Shown piece by piece: positions 63,422 through 64,000 of a stretch of DNA of 64,000 bases. The notes beneath the pieces were generated by a model. The model had not been told where the DNA came from and did no database searches. It saw only the letters and a program-made list of their open reading frames with translations. Source of the DNA: Mobula hypostoma (Eukaryota); assembly GCF_963921235.1 (NCBI RefSeq), contig NC_086109.1:4404001-4468000 (forward strand), read 5' to 3'. Position 1 is the stretch's first letter. Each line of letters opens with the position of its first letter. The position numbers and the translations under genes are program-made.

Positions 63422-63710
63422 AGGGTGGCATGGTAGCATAGAGGTTAGCACAACACTTTATAGCATCAACGACCCAGGTTCAACTCCTGCCACTATCCAT
63501 AGGAGCTTGTACACTCTCCCGTGACTGTGTGGGTTTCCTCTGGGTGCTCTGGTTTCCTCCCACAGTCCAAAGACATACCGGGTGGCAGGTAAATTAGTCA
63601 TTGTAAATTGTTCCGTGGGTAGGCTAGGGTTAAATCGGAGGTCAGTGAGGCGGTGGGGCTTGAAGGGCCGGAATGGCCTACTCCCCGCTGTATCGCAATA
63701 AATCAATAAG
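63422..63710 (+). mobile_element. Full-length tRNA-derived V-SINE (HE1-like) with HER1-type tail; relatives at ~2880-3110, 31060-31330, 33700-33990, 35520-35715, 39250-39565, 54490-54690, 57480-57740, 61830-62000, 63720-63915
   Basis: A/B-box-like head (tggtagcata.. ggttcaactcc), core gggtttcctctgggtgctctggtttcctcccacagtccaaagac, and tail ggcttgaagggccggaatggcctactcc shared with CR1 3' ends in this window. Confidence 0.85.
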
Positions 63711-64000
63711 TATTGAGCCTGCACCACCCAATTACATCCATGTGACCAATTAACCTACTAATGTATGTCTTTGCAACCTGGGAAGAAACCGGAGCACCCG
63801 GAAGAAATTCACATGCTCACAGGACGAACATACAAAACTTCTTACAGACAGCAGCAGGAATTGAACCCAGGTCACTGGTGGTGTAATAATGTTACAGTTA
63901 ATCTCATTACCGTGCCACATCTTGTCAACTCTTATCAATGTTTTAAAATGAGATTTCCTTAACAGTTTACTGTGAAAGATTCTTGATAAATGAAGTGAAG

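Noticed and set aside
63422..63500. tRNA genes at SINE heads
   Set aside because: A/B boxes are degenerate and run directly into SINE core and LINE-derived tail; no full cloverleaf.

Overview
This is eukaryotic, repeat-dominated vertebrate DNA. The repeat inventory (HER1/CR1 LINEs, HE1-like tRNA-derived V-SINEs, Penelope pLTR fragments, Rex1/Babar-type LINE ends) points to a cartilaginous fish, probably a ray; that is an inference. Most ORF-track entries are transposon debris or low-complexity sequence. Reading splice sites by eye reveals two spliced, head-to-head (ATGs at 20915 and 26312) paralogous genes for complement-control-protein (CCP/sushi) proteins of the regulators-of-complement-activation (RCA) type. 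(1) A complete 5-exon + strand gene (26312-49000, 203 aa) encodes a signal peptide, 2 CCP modules and a cysteine-free C-terminal coiled coil with a strict 7-residue periodicity, i.e. a miniature C4BP-like secreted protein. (2) A - strand gene encodes a signal peptide, one CCP module and candidate Ser/Thr/Pro-rich phase-1 exons that are doubled by a recent ~3.7 kb tandem duplication; no 3' end was found in the window. Both genes share an identical 97+74 nt split-CCP exon pair. Notable mobile-element structures are an RNase H-bearing I-group (Nimb-like) LINE with a twin-priming-type 5' inversion and 10-bp TSD, a Penelope pLTR with a 14-bp TSD and an intact minimal hammerhead ribozyme, a near full-length CR1 with ORF1, an L1-clade 3' end with an 18-bp TSD, and Tc1 derivatives. 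Repeat boundaries are approximate. No database searches were run.
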